DNA from: Schaalia odontolytica
GTDB lineage: Bacteria; Actinomycetota; Actinomycetes; Actinomycetales; Actinomycetaceae
DNA: 32,000 bases
NCBI RefSeq assembly: GCF_005696695.1
Contig: NZ_CP040006.1
Coordinates: 720,001-752,000 of the forward strand
Direction: 5' to 3'
Positions 9,803 through 20,037 of this stretch are shown in pieces. Positions within the stretch are counted from its first letter, which is position 1. The number at the start of each line of letters is the position of its first letter. The translations under genes and the position numbers were made by a program. The notes under the pieces are model-generated. The model saw nothing but the letters and a program-made list of their open reading frames with translations. It had not been told where the DNA came from and searched no databases.

Positions 9803-11402
9803 GGACGCGCTCAAGGATCTGCTGCGTGCCGTCGCATCGTCGAGGCCGTGGTCCCTTCTCGCTTCCTCTCACCTCGCCAGTCGGATTCGGCATTCCCTGT
9901 CCGCCCGCATCGCCCTGGCGATCACGGTCGCCGCGCTCGTTATTCTCCTCGTATTTGGGGTGATTATCGCCTCCCAGCTGCGCACCTCCATGTTCGAGAC
10001 GCGTAAGGATGCAATCCTGGCTGACGCGTCCCTGCGCTTTTCATCCGCGCAATCCGTGTTCTCCTCGTCCACGGCCTCGTCTCCCGCGCAGGTTCAGGAG
10101 TCCGCGCGCGGTGCGCTGGCATCGCTCAAGGCCTCGGCGGCCGGCGCGGGTGCGACGAACGTGGCGCTGCTGCGCTCGGAGGGAGCCACGGCGTCGCTGC
10201 GCATCAACCAGATCGAGGATGAGCAGATGCGCGCGCTCATCACCCCGCAGATGCGCACCGCGGTCTCGGGTGGGGGCGCGCAGTGGCAGTCGGTTGGTAT
10301 CCGCTCGAGCGACTCAGACAAGGTGGTCCCCGGAATTCTCGTCGGCACTCAGGTGCAGCTGCCTCGCGCAGGCACGCACGAGCTCTACATTCTCTACTCG
10401 CTGTCCGCAGATCAGGCGCAGGTCGACGTGGTTCTGCGGGTCCTCGTTCTTTCCGCGCTTCCCATCATCGTGGCCCTGCCGATCGGTGTGTTCGCGCTGC
10501 TGCATCGCCTCCTGCTGCCCGTGCGAGTGACCGCCCAAGCTGCGACGAAGGCGTCGAAGGGAGACCTCGACGTGCGCGTGGACGTGCATGGGGACGACGA
10601 GATGGCCGACCTCGGGCACGCCTTCAATGCGATGACCTCCTCGCTCCAGGACACGATCTCGCGCTACGACGAGCTCGCCAAGCTCCAGCAGCGCTTCGTT
10701 TCCGACGTCTCGCATGAGCTACGCACCCCGCTGACGACGATCCGCATGGCGGAGGACATCGTGTGGGACAACCGGGACGAACTGCCGGCCCACGCGCGCC
10801 GATCCGCCGAGCTCCTGCACGACCAGACCGAACGCATGGAGCAGATGCCTGCGGACCTGCTCGAGATCTCTCGCTACGATGCGGCGAGCGCCCTGCTGGA
10901 CGCGGAAGACCGCGACCTGCGTCCCATCGTCACTCGCGTCGTCGAGGCATGCGCTGATCTCGCCGAGCGCCAGGGGGTCCCGGTCGAGATCGTTGCCCCC
11001 ACCCGCGTCGCCGCCGAGGTTGACGAGCGCCGCATCGAACGCGTCATCCGTAACCTCGTCGTCAACGCGATCGAGCATGCCGACGGCACGCCCGTAACGA
11101 TCACGCTCGCCGCGACCGAGACCGATGTCGCATGCCGCGTGCGCGACCGCGGGGTGGGCATGACCCAGGAGGTCGCCGACCACGTCTTTGACCGCTTCTA
11201 CCGCGCCGACACCGCCCGCGCCCGCACGACTGGCGGTACCGGCCTCGGCCTCGCGATCGCAACCGAGGACGTCGCTATCCACGGAGGACGCCTGCAGGCG
11301 TACGGAGAACCCGGTCGCGGTGCGTCCTTCCTCATGACGCTGCCCAAACGCGCCGGCGAAGAGATCGTCAGCCGCCCCCTGGCCCTGTGGGAGGACGAAT
11401 GA
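9774..11402 (+). CDS. mtrB: sensor histidine kinase MtrB
   Basis: Two TM segments and a HAMP-like region, with H-box SHELRTPLT, N-box NLVVNAIEH and G-box GGTGLGLAI. Start is ambiguous (TTG 9774 or GTG 9783; both overlap the mtrA 3' end). Confidence 0.93.
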   Translation: MGTVPAQGRRDALKDLLRAVASSRPWSLLASSHLASRIRHSLSARIALAITVAALVILLVFGVIIASQLRTSMFETRKDAILADASLRFSSAQSVFSSSTASSPAQVQESARGALASLKASAAGAGATNVALLRSEGATASLRINQIEDEQMRALITPQMRTAVSGGGAQWQSVGIRSSDSDKVVPGILVGTQVQLPRAGTHELYILYSLSADQAQVDVVLRVLVLSALPIIVALPIGVFALLHRLLLPVRVTAQAATKASKGDLDVRVDVHGDDEMADLGHAFNAMTSSLQDTISRYDELAKLQQRFVSDVSHELRTPLTTIRMAEDIVWDNRDELPAHARRSAELLHDQTERMEQMPADLLEISRYDAASALLDAEDRDLRPIVTRVVEACADLAERQGVPVEIVAPTRVAAEVDERRIERVIRNLVVNAIEHADGTPVTITLAATETDVACRVRDRGVGMTQEVADHVFDRFYRADTARARTTGGTGLGLAIATEDVAIHGGRLQAYGEPGRGASFLMTLPKRAGEEIVSRPLALWEDE

Positions 11403-13045
11403 GACGCCGCCTGATGCCACTCGCCGTGGCCGCATGCCTGGCCCTCGCGGGATGTACCTCCCTGCCCACCTCCTCGGCACCCGCGCCCTTCGACGTGTCC
11501 GCTCGGGACGGCAGCGGCATCCAGTTTTCCGCGGAGGGCCCCTCCGACGGGGCGGACGCCGCGACCCTGGTGAGCGACTTCCTGCTGGCGTGCGCCGCCG
11601 GCCCCCAGGACGACTACGCGACCGCGCGCCTGTTCCTGAGCGCAACGTCGGCGCGTTCGTGGCAGCCGGAGACGGAAATCCTCATCTACGACACGGACAC
11701 GGCCCCCGCGGTCACCGCCGGATCCGAGAACGGCTCCGAGGTGGACGTGACGGTCTCCGTGCTCGGCGTGGCCAGCATCGACGCGTCGGGCGTGCTGACC
11801 CGCGTGGCCGCCTCGACCGTGACGCGCACCTTCAGCCTCGTGCGCGAAGACGGACAGTGGCGCATCAACAGCCCCGAGAACATGGTCCTCATGAGCCGGG
11901 CGTCTTTCACGGCCTCGTTCTCCCTCGCCAATCTCTACTTCCCAACGACAGAGGGCGGGGACCTGGTCGCCGATCCTCGCTGGTACCCGTCGCGACGCCT
12001 GGCCTCCCACCTGCTCGCGGGCCTCGTCGAAGGACCGCGTCAATCTCTCGAGCCGGTCACGGCGAACGCAATCCCGCCGGGCACGACCGTGCCCTCCCAG
12101 GGACTTGACGTCGTCGACGGGGTGGCGCGCGTGGAACTGAACGCGGTGGTTCCCGCGACCGAGGGGGCGCGTGCGAACCTCGCGTGGGAGCTCACCCGCA
12201 CCCTCACCCAGGTGGCGGACGTGTCGCAGGTGAGCGTCTCTTTGTCCGGTGACGTGCTGGATACGCAGAGGATCCCGGTGCCCCCGACCTACTCTCTTGA
12301 CACTCTCGTGGGGGCGGGACCCGACGGGGTGGGGATCGTGTCATCGTCGGGGCTGACGAGCCTGACCGGCACCACCGATGCCTCCAACCCAACAGTCTCG
12401 CCCGTGGATCCCTCGCTGGTTGCCTGGAGCGGCACCGACGGCGTGTACGCGCAGCGCGGCGGAACGTCGGTCGCATTCCTGCCCGGACACGCGCCTCTCG
12501 GCCCGTCGGTGGACCGCTTCGGATGGGTGTGGGGCCCCGCCACGGCCTCGTCGGTGAGCGTCGGTGGGGGAGTCGATGGTGCGTTCAGTGTGAGCGTGGA
12601 GTCCGAGAGCGCCGGGGAGATCCACGCGGTGCGCATTTCCCCCGACGGCACGCGCGCGCTCGTCCTGCGCGGAAGCGACGCGAGCGCGTGGGTGGGGGTC
12701 GTCGAACGCGGGGCCTCCGGGCGCCCGCTGGCGATCCGTGCCCTCGAACAAATCCCGCTTGAACACGGCTCAGTTGTTGACGCGTCATGGACGACATCGA
12801 CGGGCATCATGCTCGTTGTGCGCGCGACCGGCGAGGACGACCAGCTGGTCACGCTGCCCCTCGGCGGTCTGCCCTCGAACGTGTCCCTCCCGATTCGCGT
12901 GACATCGATGAGCGCCGGTGGGTCCTCCTCCGCGGTTGTCATCTCGGGCACCGATGCCGCCGGCAAGTCGCAGGTGCTTATCCGCTCGGGCGCCCTGTGG
13001 CAAAACGCCCCCGAGTCCCTCACATCCGCCCGATACGCGGGGTAA
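11399..13045 (+). CDS. lpqB: lipoprotein LpqB (MtrAB-associated)
   Basis: ATG 11399 forms an ATGA overlap with the mtrB stop. Signal peptide carries a lipobox LALAGC. Size (about 550 aa) and position after mtrB fit LpqB. Confidence 0.9.
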   Translation: MRRRLMPLAVAACLALAGCTSLPTSSAPAPFDVSARDGSGIQFSAEGPSDGADAATLVSDFLLACAAGPQDDYATARLFLSATSARSWQPETEILIYDTDTAPAVTAGSENGSEVDVTVSVLGVASIDASGVLTRVAASTVTRTFSLVREDGQWRINSPENMVLMSRASFTASFSLANLYFPTTEGGDLVADPRWYPSRRLASHLLAGLVEGPRQSLEPVTANAIPPGTTVPSQGLDVVDGVARVELNAVVPATEGARANLAWELTRTLTQVADVSQVSVSLSGDVLDTQRIPVPPTYSLDTLVGAGPDGVGIVSSSGLTSLTGTTDASNPTVSPVDPSLVAWSGTDGVYAQRGGTSVAFLPGHAPLGPSVDRFGWVWGPATASSVSVGGGVDGAFSVSVESESAGEIHAVRISPDGTRALVLRGSDASAWVGVVERGASGRPLAIRALEQIPLEHGSVVDASWTTSTGIMLVVRATGEDDQLVTLPLGGLPSNVSLPIRVTSMSAGGSSSAVVISGTDAAGKSQVLIRSGALWQNAPESLTSARYAG

Positions 13046-13080
13046 GAACCGTGGTGGGCGGGAGCGGAGTCCGGGGCCTG

Positions 13081-13797
13081 ATGCGGGGGCTGGTCGGCGC
13101 GCTCCTTCCCGTGCAATGCGCCGGGTGTCGCGCCTGGGACGAGGTCCTGTGTCCGTCATGCCGCTCCCTGGCTGGCAGCCCCGCACACGTGGCCTCCCTT
13201 GAGGGTGTGCGAGGCCCCCTTCCCCTGGTGGCCATGGGGGACTACGACGGGCCGCTGCGCCGCATCGTCCTTGCCGCCAAGCACTCCGCACGTACGGACG
13301 TCACCGATTTTCTCGACGAGGCCGGGGCCCGCCTCGGCACCGCACTGGCCGGGGTGCTGGGCGTGGCTGGGTCGCCCGCCGCCGCTGCGGGTCCGTTGGA
13401 GGGGAGGGCTTCGTCCACCGGGGGAGCGGTGGAGGTGTGGGTGGTGCCCGCGCCCTCGTCGTGGAAGAGGCGCCTGCGGGGCAAGCAGGTGGCGCTGCCG
13501 CTGGCGCGCGCAGTTGCCCGAGCGTTGGCGGCGAGTGCGACTCCGGGTGTGCGCGTCCGGGTGGTGGATGCTGTGCGGTTGCGCGTGGGCGCGACCTCCC
13601 AGTCGGGTAAGGCCGGGGCACAGCGTACGGTGGGGCGCATGGGGGCGATGCGTGCGCTCGCGGTCCCGGGGCCTGGCGTGTGTGTTGTTGCGGTGGATGA
13701 CGTGGTGACGACGGGCGCGACGGTTCGGGAAATGGAGCGTGTGTTGGGTGGGCTCGATGCGGTTGTGACTCTGTGCCGACCCGGGCTTATCTCATGA
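13081..13797 (+). CDS. comF: ComF family protein / phosphoribosyltransferase-domain protein
   Basis: N-terminal Zn-ribbon-like LLPVQCAGCRAWDEVLCPSC and a C-terminal PRPP-binding motif VVAVDDVVTTGATV. ATG 13081 preferred (GTG 13051 alternative). The ORF-track extension from 12787 overlaps lpqB. Confidence 0.8.
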   Translation: MRGLVGALLPVQCAGCRAWDEVLCPSCRSLAGSPAHVASLEGVRGPLPLVAMGDYDGPLRRIVLAAKHSARTDVTDFLDEAGARLGTALAGVLGVAGSPAAAAGPLEGRASSTGGAVEVWVVPAPSSWKRRLRGKQVALPLARAVARALAASATPGVRVRVVDAVRLRVGATSQSGKAGAQRTVGRMGAMRALAVPGPGVCVVAVDDVVTTGATVREMERVLGGLDAVVTLCRPGLIS

Positions 13798-13816
13798 CGC
13801 AGGTCACCGGCTGGGG

Positions 13817-13822
13817 TATGAT
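13817..13822 (+). promoter_or_regulatory. candidate -10 element TATGAT upstream of hpf
   Basis: GGGGTATGATG lies about 150 nt upstream of the hpf ATG in the comF-hpf gap. No clear -35. Confidence 0.3.
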
Positions 13823-13971
13823 GTGAGTACAGACTTTCGATAGCGTGAGCAGCAGGGACGCTCCTCACGTCAGTGCGGGAGGTGATAGCTCAGACCACGG
13901 TTCGGGCAGTGAGCACCGAACAATCCCCACCTGCGGGCAACGATGCCCGCCGCACACCATGGAGGAAACAC

Positions 13972-14616
13972 ATGGACATCACCGTCGTCGCACGTAATGC
14001 CGAGATTCACCCGAATTTCCGGGAATACGTGGAGGAGAAGGTTTCGAAGATCACTCAGTTCTACCCCCGCGCTCAGCGCGTCGATGTGGAGCTGACTCAC
14101 GAACGTAACCCCCGCCAGGCCGACACTGCCGAGCGCATCGAGCTGACCGTTTACGGTAAGGGCCCGATCATCCGCGCTGAGGCTCAGTCCGCTGATCGCT
14201 ACGCGGCCGTCGACATCGCCGCCGGCAAGCTCTACGAGCGCCTGCGCCGCCTGCGTGATCGCGTGAAGGACCACCGTCGTCGGTACCCGCGCGACCTGGC
14301 CGAAGCCGAAATCCTCGAAGCTCCCGTCGTCGAAGAGACGGCCACATTCGAACCCGAGGCTCCCAAGCCGCTGCGCAGCGCTGAGGACCTGAAGGTCGGA
14401 GAGGCTCGCGAGGAGCAGTGGGGTGATACCCCGATCATCGTCCGTCAGAAGGTGCACGAGGCCCCGCCGATGAGCGTGGATGAGGCCCTGGATCAGATGA
14501 TGATGGTTGGCCACCCCTTCTTCCTCTTCGTCGACAAGGACACGAACCAGCCGTGCGTCGTCTACCACCGCCACGGGTGGACGTACGGCGTGCTTCGCTT
14601 GAACACGACAATCTGA
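13972..14616 (+). CDS. hpf: ribosome hibernation-promoting factor, long form
   Basis: ATG 13972 is preceded by GGAGG (13961-13965). MDITVVARNAEIHPNFREYVEEKVSKI... is the HPF/YfiA N-domain. The C-terminal ...PMSVDEALDQMMMVGHPFFLFVDKDT...VVYHRHGWTYGVLRL is the long-HPF dimerisation domain. Confidence 0.92.
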   Translation: MDITVVARNAEIHPNFREYVEEKVSKITQFYPRAQRVDVELTHERNPRQADTAERIELTVYGKGPIIRAEAQSADRYAAVDIAAGKLYERLRRLRDRVKDHRRRYPRDLAEAEILEAPVVEETATFEPEAPKPLRSAEDLKVGEAREEQWGDTPIIVRQKVHEAPPMSVDEALDQMMMVGHPFFLFVDKDTNQPCVVYHRHGWTYGVLRLNTTI

Positions 14617-14632
14617 CGGTTGAAGGACCGCG

Positions 14633-14659
14633 GCGCCCCGGGCACCATGCCCGGGGCGC
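14633..14659 (+). terminator. hairpin terminator after hpf (11-bp GC stem, 5-nt loop, no U-tract)
   Basis: GCGCCCCGGGC-ACCAT-GCCCGGGGCGC is a perfect inverted repeat 17 nt after the hpf stop. Confidence 0.7.
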
Positions 14660-14723
14660 TCCCGTGTGCGCTGTGAGCGTTAAATACGTCCATAGTTCGC
14701 GCGGGCGTTTCCACTTTGGGCAG

Positions 14724-14739
14724 TTAGTTCGTAAACTAA
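14724..14739. promoter_or_regulatory. AT-rich palindrome TTAGTT-CGTA-AACTAA overlapping a candidate secA promoter
   Basis: The 6-bp arms are perfectly complementary. A possible promoter is TTCCAC (14709-14714), N17, TAAACT (14732-14737). Confidence 0.4.
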
Positions 14740-14798
14740 TGGGTGGATTTGACTGTCCGCTCTACAAGGGGGCGGGCGATTAACGTCAGGAGCTATTC

Positions 14799-17645
<2,847 letters not shown>

Positions 17646-17663
17646 TCGGTACACGTCACGGGT

Positions 17664-17689
17664 GAGGGGGTTCCTGCGGGAGCCCCCTC
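17664..17689. terminator. hairpin between convergent secA and Rv3235-family genes (11-bp stem incl. one G-U, 4-nt loop)
   Basis: GAGGGGGTTCC-TGCG-GGAGCCCCCTC, followed on the plus strand by GCCCGTTTATG. Confidence 0.65.
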
Positions 17690-17727
17690 GCCCGTTTATG
17701 TATCCGTCGAGCCGCGCGGCCGGTCCG

Positions 17728-18219
17728 TCAGGCGAGTTCGAGGGCCGTCGTGATCCAGCGCCCGTGGTACTCCTCGAGGCGCAGAGCAAGGGCGAAGGTA
17801 CGCGAGACCGTGGAGACGATGACGGCGGCCTCTGTCGTGCGCTCGTCGACGGGGCACGTGCGTACGTGGACGGGCCTCGTTCCCCGCGCGCACGGGGACA
17901 TGTGGACGCACACGAGGGCTCCGTAGAGATCGGGTAACATCCAACGGCGTAGCTGGGGCGCCTGGCGAACGCCCGTGACGACCTCGACGATGGCGCGTGC
18001 GAGGTTCGCCGCCCACGGCCCGGGGTCTGGGAGACTCTCTTTCGGGAGGGACACGTAGTGGGTTGGTGTCGGCGATGGGGCTGCCCTGTAGGCCAACTCA
18101 GGATCCTGACTCCACCGGAACGGGGCGGGCTGGGTCGGACGGGTGGGGGTGGGCCTCGTGCTGGTCCGTCGTCTGGGGGCCTCGGAGGTACGAGGCCTGG
18201 GTGCGATTTGGGTGCTCAT
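17728..18219 (-). CDS. Rv3235 family protein
   Basis: C-terminal ...AANLARAIVEVVTGVRQAPQLRRWMLPDLYGALV...TEAAVIVSTVSRTFALALRLEEYHGRWITTALEL matches the conserved actinobacterial family found downstream of secA. Start is ATG 18219, an ATGA overlap with the LysM gene stop. Confidence 0.75.
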   Translation of the reverse strand: MSTQIAPRPRTSEAPRRRTSTRPTPTRPTQPAPFRWSQDPELAYRAAPSPTPTHYVSLPKESLPDPGPWAANLARAIVEVVTGVRQAPQLRRWMLPDLYGALVCVHMSPCARGTRPVHVRTCPVDERTTEAAVIVSTVSRTFALALRLEEYHGRWITTALELA

Positions 18220-18938
18220 GGCAGGTCCTGGGGTATGGCGAGTGTCTGTCCGGGGTAGATGAGAGCGGGGTCGCGAACCGATTCGGCGTTGGCCGCGTGG
18301 ATTGCTCGCCAGGTGGCGTCGATACGCGCGTCGTCCCCATCGGAGCGCAGGGAGGCGGCGATCGACCAGAGTGAATCGCCCGGCGCGACCGTGATTGAGG
18401 TGGGGCCAGCGGGCGCGTCTGGCGCCGGTGCATCCTCCGTGGGCACGGGTAGCGCGGACGGCGCCGTTTGAGTCGCCTCCTGGTTGGGAGAAGGGGTACT
18501 GGGGGTATCCGCCCACGTCACAGAGACGACGGGGGAGGTCTGTTCCTGCGGAGCCGCCAGGGAGGCCGTGGCGGGCGCTCCGGTGACGAGTGCAGAGCCG
18601 ATCAATGCGCTGGCTCCTGCACGCGTCAAAAGCGACCGTGAGAGACGGGTTCCGCAACGGGAGACGAAGAATCGTGCGGCTGCGCGTGCCGCGGGCGGAG
18701 CAACGCGCAGGAGCGCGAGGTGAGCGCACGCTGAGCACAGGAGGCTCCATGCCAGGAGCATGAGGGCAGCAATGCCGAGAACCCAGACGACGAGCGTCTC
18801 GGGACGCTCCGCGCTCAGTGGGGGAGCGAGGTGGGAGAGATAGAGAGCATCGAGGAGGCACAGCGGGGCACCAACGAGCCAGAGGAAGGCGTCGGTGAGG
18901 TGAGATTGGCCGGCGACGGTCAGTGAATCATCAGTCAT
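18216..18938 (-). CDS. membrane-anchored LysM peptidoglycan-binding domain protein
   Basis: Two or three N-terminal hydrophobic segments, a Pro/Thr/Ser/Ala linker and a C-terminal LysM (ITVAPGDSLWSIAA...WRAIHAANAESVRDPALIYPGQTLAIP). Confidence 0.8.
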   Translation of the reverse strand: MTDDSLTVAGQSHLTDAFLWLVGAPLCLLDALYLSHLAPPLSAERPETLVVWVLGIAALMLLAWSLLCSACAHLALLRVAPPAARAAARFFVSRCGTRLSRSLLTRAGASALIGSALVTGAPATASLAAPQEQTSPVVSVTWADTPSTPSPNQEATQTAPSALPVPTEDAPAPDAPAGPTSITVAPGDSLWSIAASLRSDGDDARIDATWRAIHAANAESVRDPALIYPGQTLAIPQDLP

Positions 18939-19000
18939 GGTGAACTCTTCATTGAGTGGACGGATTCGATGCGTTAACTATCCGCTTGATACTGAACCGT

Positions 19001-19040
19001 GTCAATAGATGTTAGTTCATGTTATCTAAATGTGATGTGT
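19001..19040. promoter_or_regulatory. 10-bp-phased GTYA repeats in AT-rich divergent promoter region (LysM gene / hypothetical 19075)
   Basis: GTCAATAGAT, GTTAGTTCAT and GTTATCTAAA, then TGTGATGTGT. GT recurs at 19001, 19011, 19021 and 19032. Confidence 0.45.
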
Positions 19041-19074
19041 CGCGCATGAATGTGGCATCGTAGGGGGCATGGAT

Positions 19075-19632
19075 ATGTCAGCGTTCATTGCCGAGCTGGA
19101 AGCGCGTTTCGATGATGAGCGTGGTCGTGATCTCGATGCGCTCATCGATGAGCTCACCGATGCCGAGCGCGCCTCGGTTACCCTGTCTGCCCGCCTGGCT
19201 GGTGCGGACGGTGATATCACGCTGGCGCTGCGAGGCGGCTCGACGATCACCGGATCGGTGCTCGATTCGACCCGCTCGTGGGTGCTCCTGCGCGGAAGTC
19301 GCGACGACAGCCTGATCATGCTCTCTGCAATCGTCGCGGCATGGCCCCTCGGGCGCAGCGTTGCGCGCGAGTCCTCCGTGCGAGGAGGCGTCGGTGTCGG
19401 CCATGTTCTGCGTGAACTAGGTGCACGCGGTGTCGGAGTCGTCATCGAATCCGACGGGGGTGACCATCGGGGGATCATCGACGCGGTCTATGCGGACCAT
19501 GTCGATGTCGCCCTGGATGGAGAGGCCTTCACCTATGACGGCCGGGATGAAGTAGGTGGCATGACCGTGTCGCTGGCGCTTGCGGGGCTTCGTCGACTCC
19601 GCGTGCTCGGCCAGCGATGGTCGGCCGACTAG
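19075..19632 (+). CDS. conserved hypothetical cytoplasmic protein
   Basis: ORF 19069..19632(+). AGGGGG (19062-19067) is best spaced for the second ATG at 19075. No domain recognised by eye. Confidence 0.6.
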   Translation: MSAFIAELEARFDDERGRDLDALIDELTDAERASVTLSARLAGADGDITLALRGGSTITGSVLDSTRSWVLLRGSRDDSLIMLSAIVAAWPLGRSVARESSVRGGVGVGHVLRELGARGVGVVIESDGGDHRGIIDAVYADHVDVALDGEAFTYDGRDEVGGMTVSLALAGLRRLRVLGQRWSAD

Positions 19633-19841
19633 TGAGCGTTTTCCGCCTTCTGACGCTCGCGCGTCGCAGCGTATTGATCCTGGATGAACTGCTCCAGGAC
19701 GGACTCTTCGATCCGCCAGACGTGCTTACCGCCCACCTGAATGGCAGGAAGCTCGCCGGAGGAAACGAGGGCGCGGGTGGCTGACATCGTGAGATTCAGG
19801 GTCTCGGCGACGTCAGCGAGAGTGAGGAATCGTGTTGCCAT
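19629..19841 (-). CDS. excisionase-family (HTH_17 / MerR-like) small DNA-binding protein
   Basis: 70 aa. FLTLADVAETLNLTMSATRALVSSGELPAIQVGGKHVWRIEESVLEQFI is the typical excisionase-type helix-turn-helix plus wing. No Shine-Dalgarno; a -10-like element sits 6 nt upstream of the ATG. Confidence 0.85.
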   Translation of the reverse strand: MATRFLTLADVAETLNLTMSATRALVSSGELPAIQVGGKHVWRIEESVLEQFIQDQYAATRERQKAENAH

Positions 19842-19848
19842 GGCAACA
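19833..19848. promoter_or_regulatory. perfect 16-bp palindrome TGTTGCCATGGCAACA centred on the start codon of the excisionase-type HTH gene
   Basis: The sequence equals its own reverse complement, and its central CATG contains the minus-strand ATG (19841-19839). Confidence 0.55.
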
Positions 19849-20037
19849 TGCTATCAGTTGGGGTTGCTTCGTTTGATTGGTTTGAGTCGGCAATTTTTTA
19901 CGCGTCATTTCACCGATCGGATCGGTTGGTTCTGATGAATAGTCGGCAACCTACCGCTTTTACGGTTGAGCGTGCATCATAGAAGAGTGAAACGCGTCTC
20001 AGCTTCAGTGTCGATCCCGACGCGCGCCCCCGGCAAG

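Noticed and set aside
12787-13080. Upstream extension of the ComF ORF, and the 13873 GTG extension of hpf
   Set aside because: The ComF extension overlaps the lpqB 3' end in another frame. The hpf extension lacks an RBS, whereas ATG 13972 has GGAGG at ideal spacing and gives the canonical HPF N-terminus.
17728-18861. 377-aa single ORF covering both the Rv3235-family gene and most of the LysM gene
   Set aside because: Upstream of residue ~214 the translation is Arg/Pro-rich. It runs out of frame through the LysM-domain ORF (18216..18938), which has a convincing TM-linker-LysM architecture. A two-gene model with an ATGA junction explains the region better.
19842-20037. Search for a 6C-type sRNA (two hairpins with C-rich loops) next to the CpaE/Ssd-like locus, and likewise in 31454..31651
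   Set aside because: The HTH/SAF gap has no pair of C-rich hairpin loops on either strand. In the doxX/sigH gap the C-runs fall in stems, not loops. I cannot support an RNA gene call.
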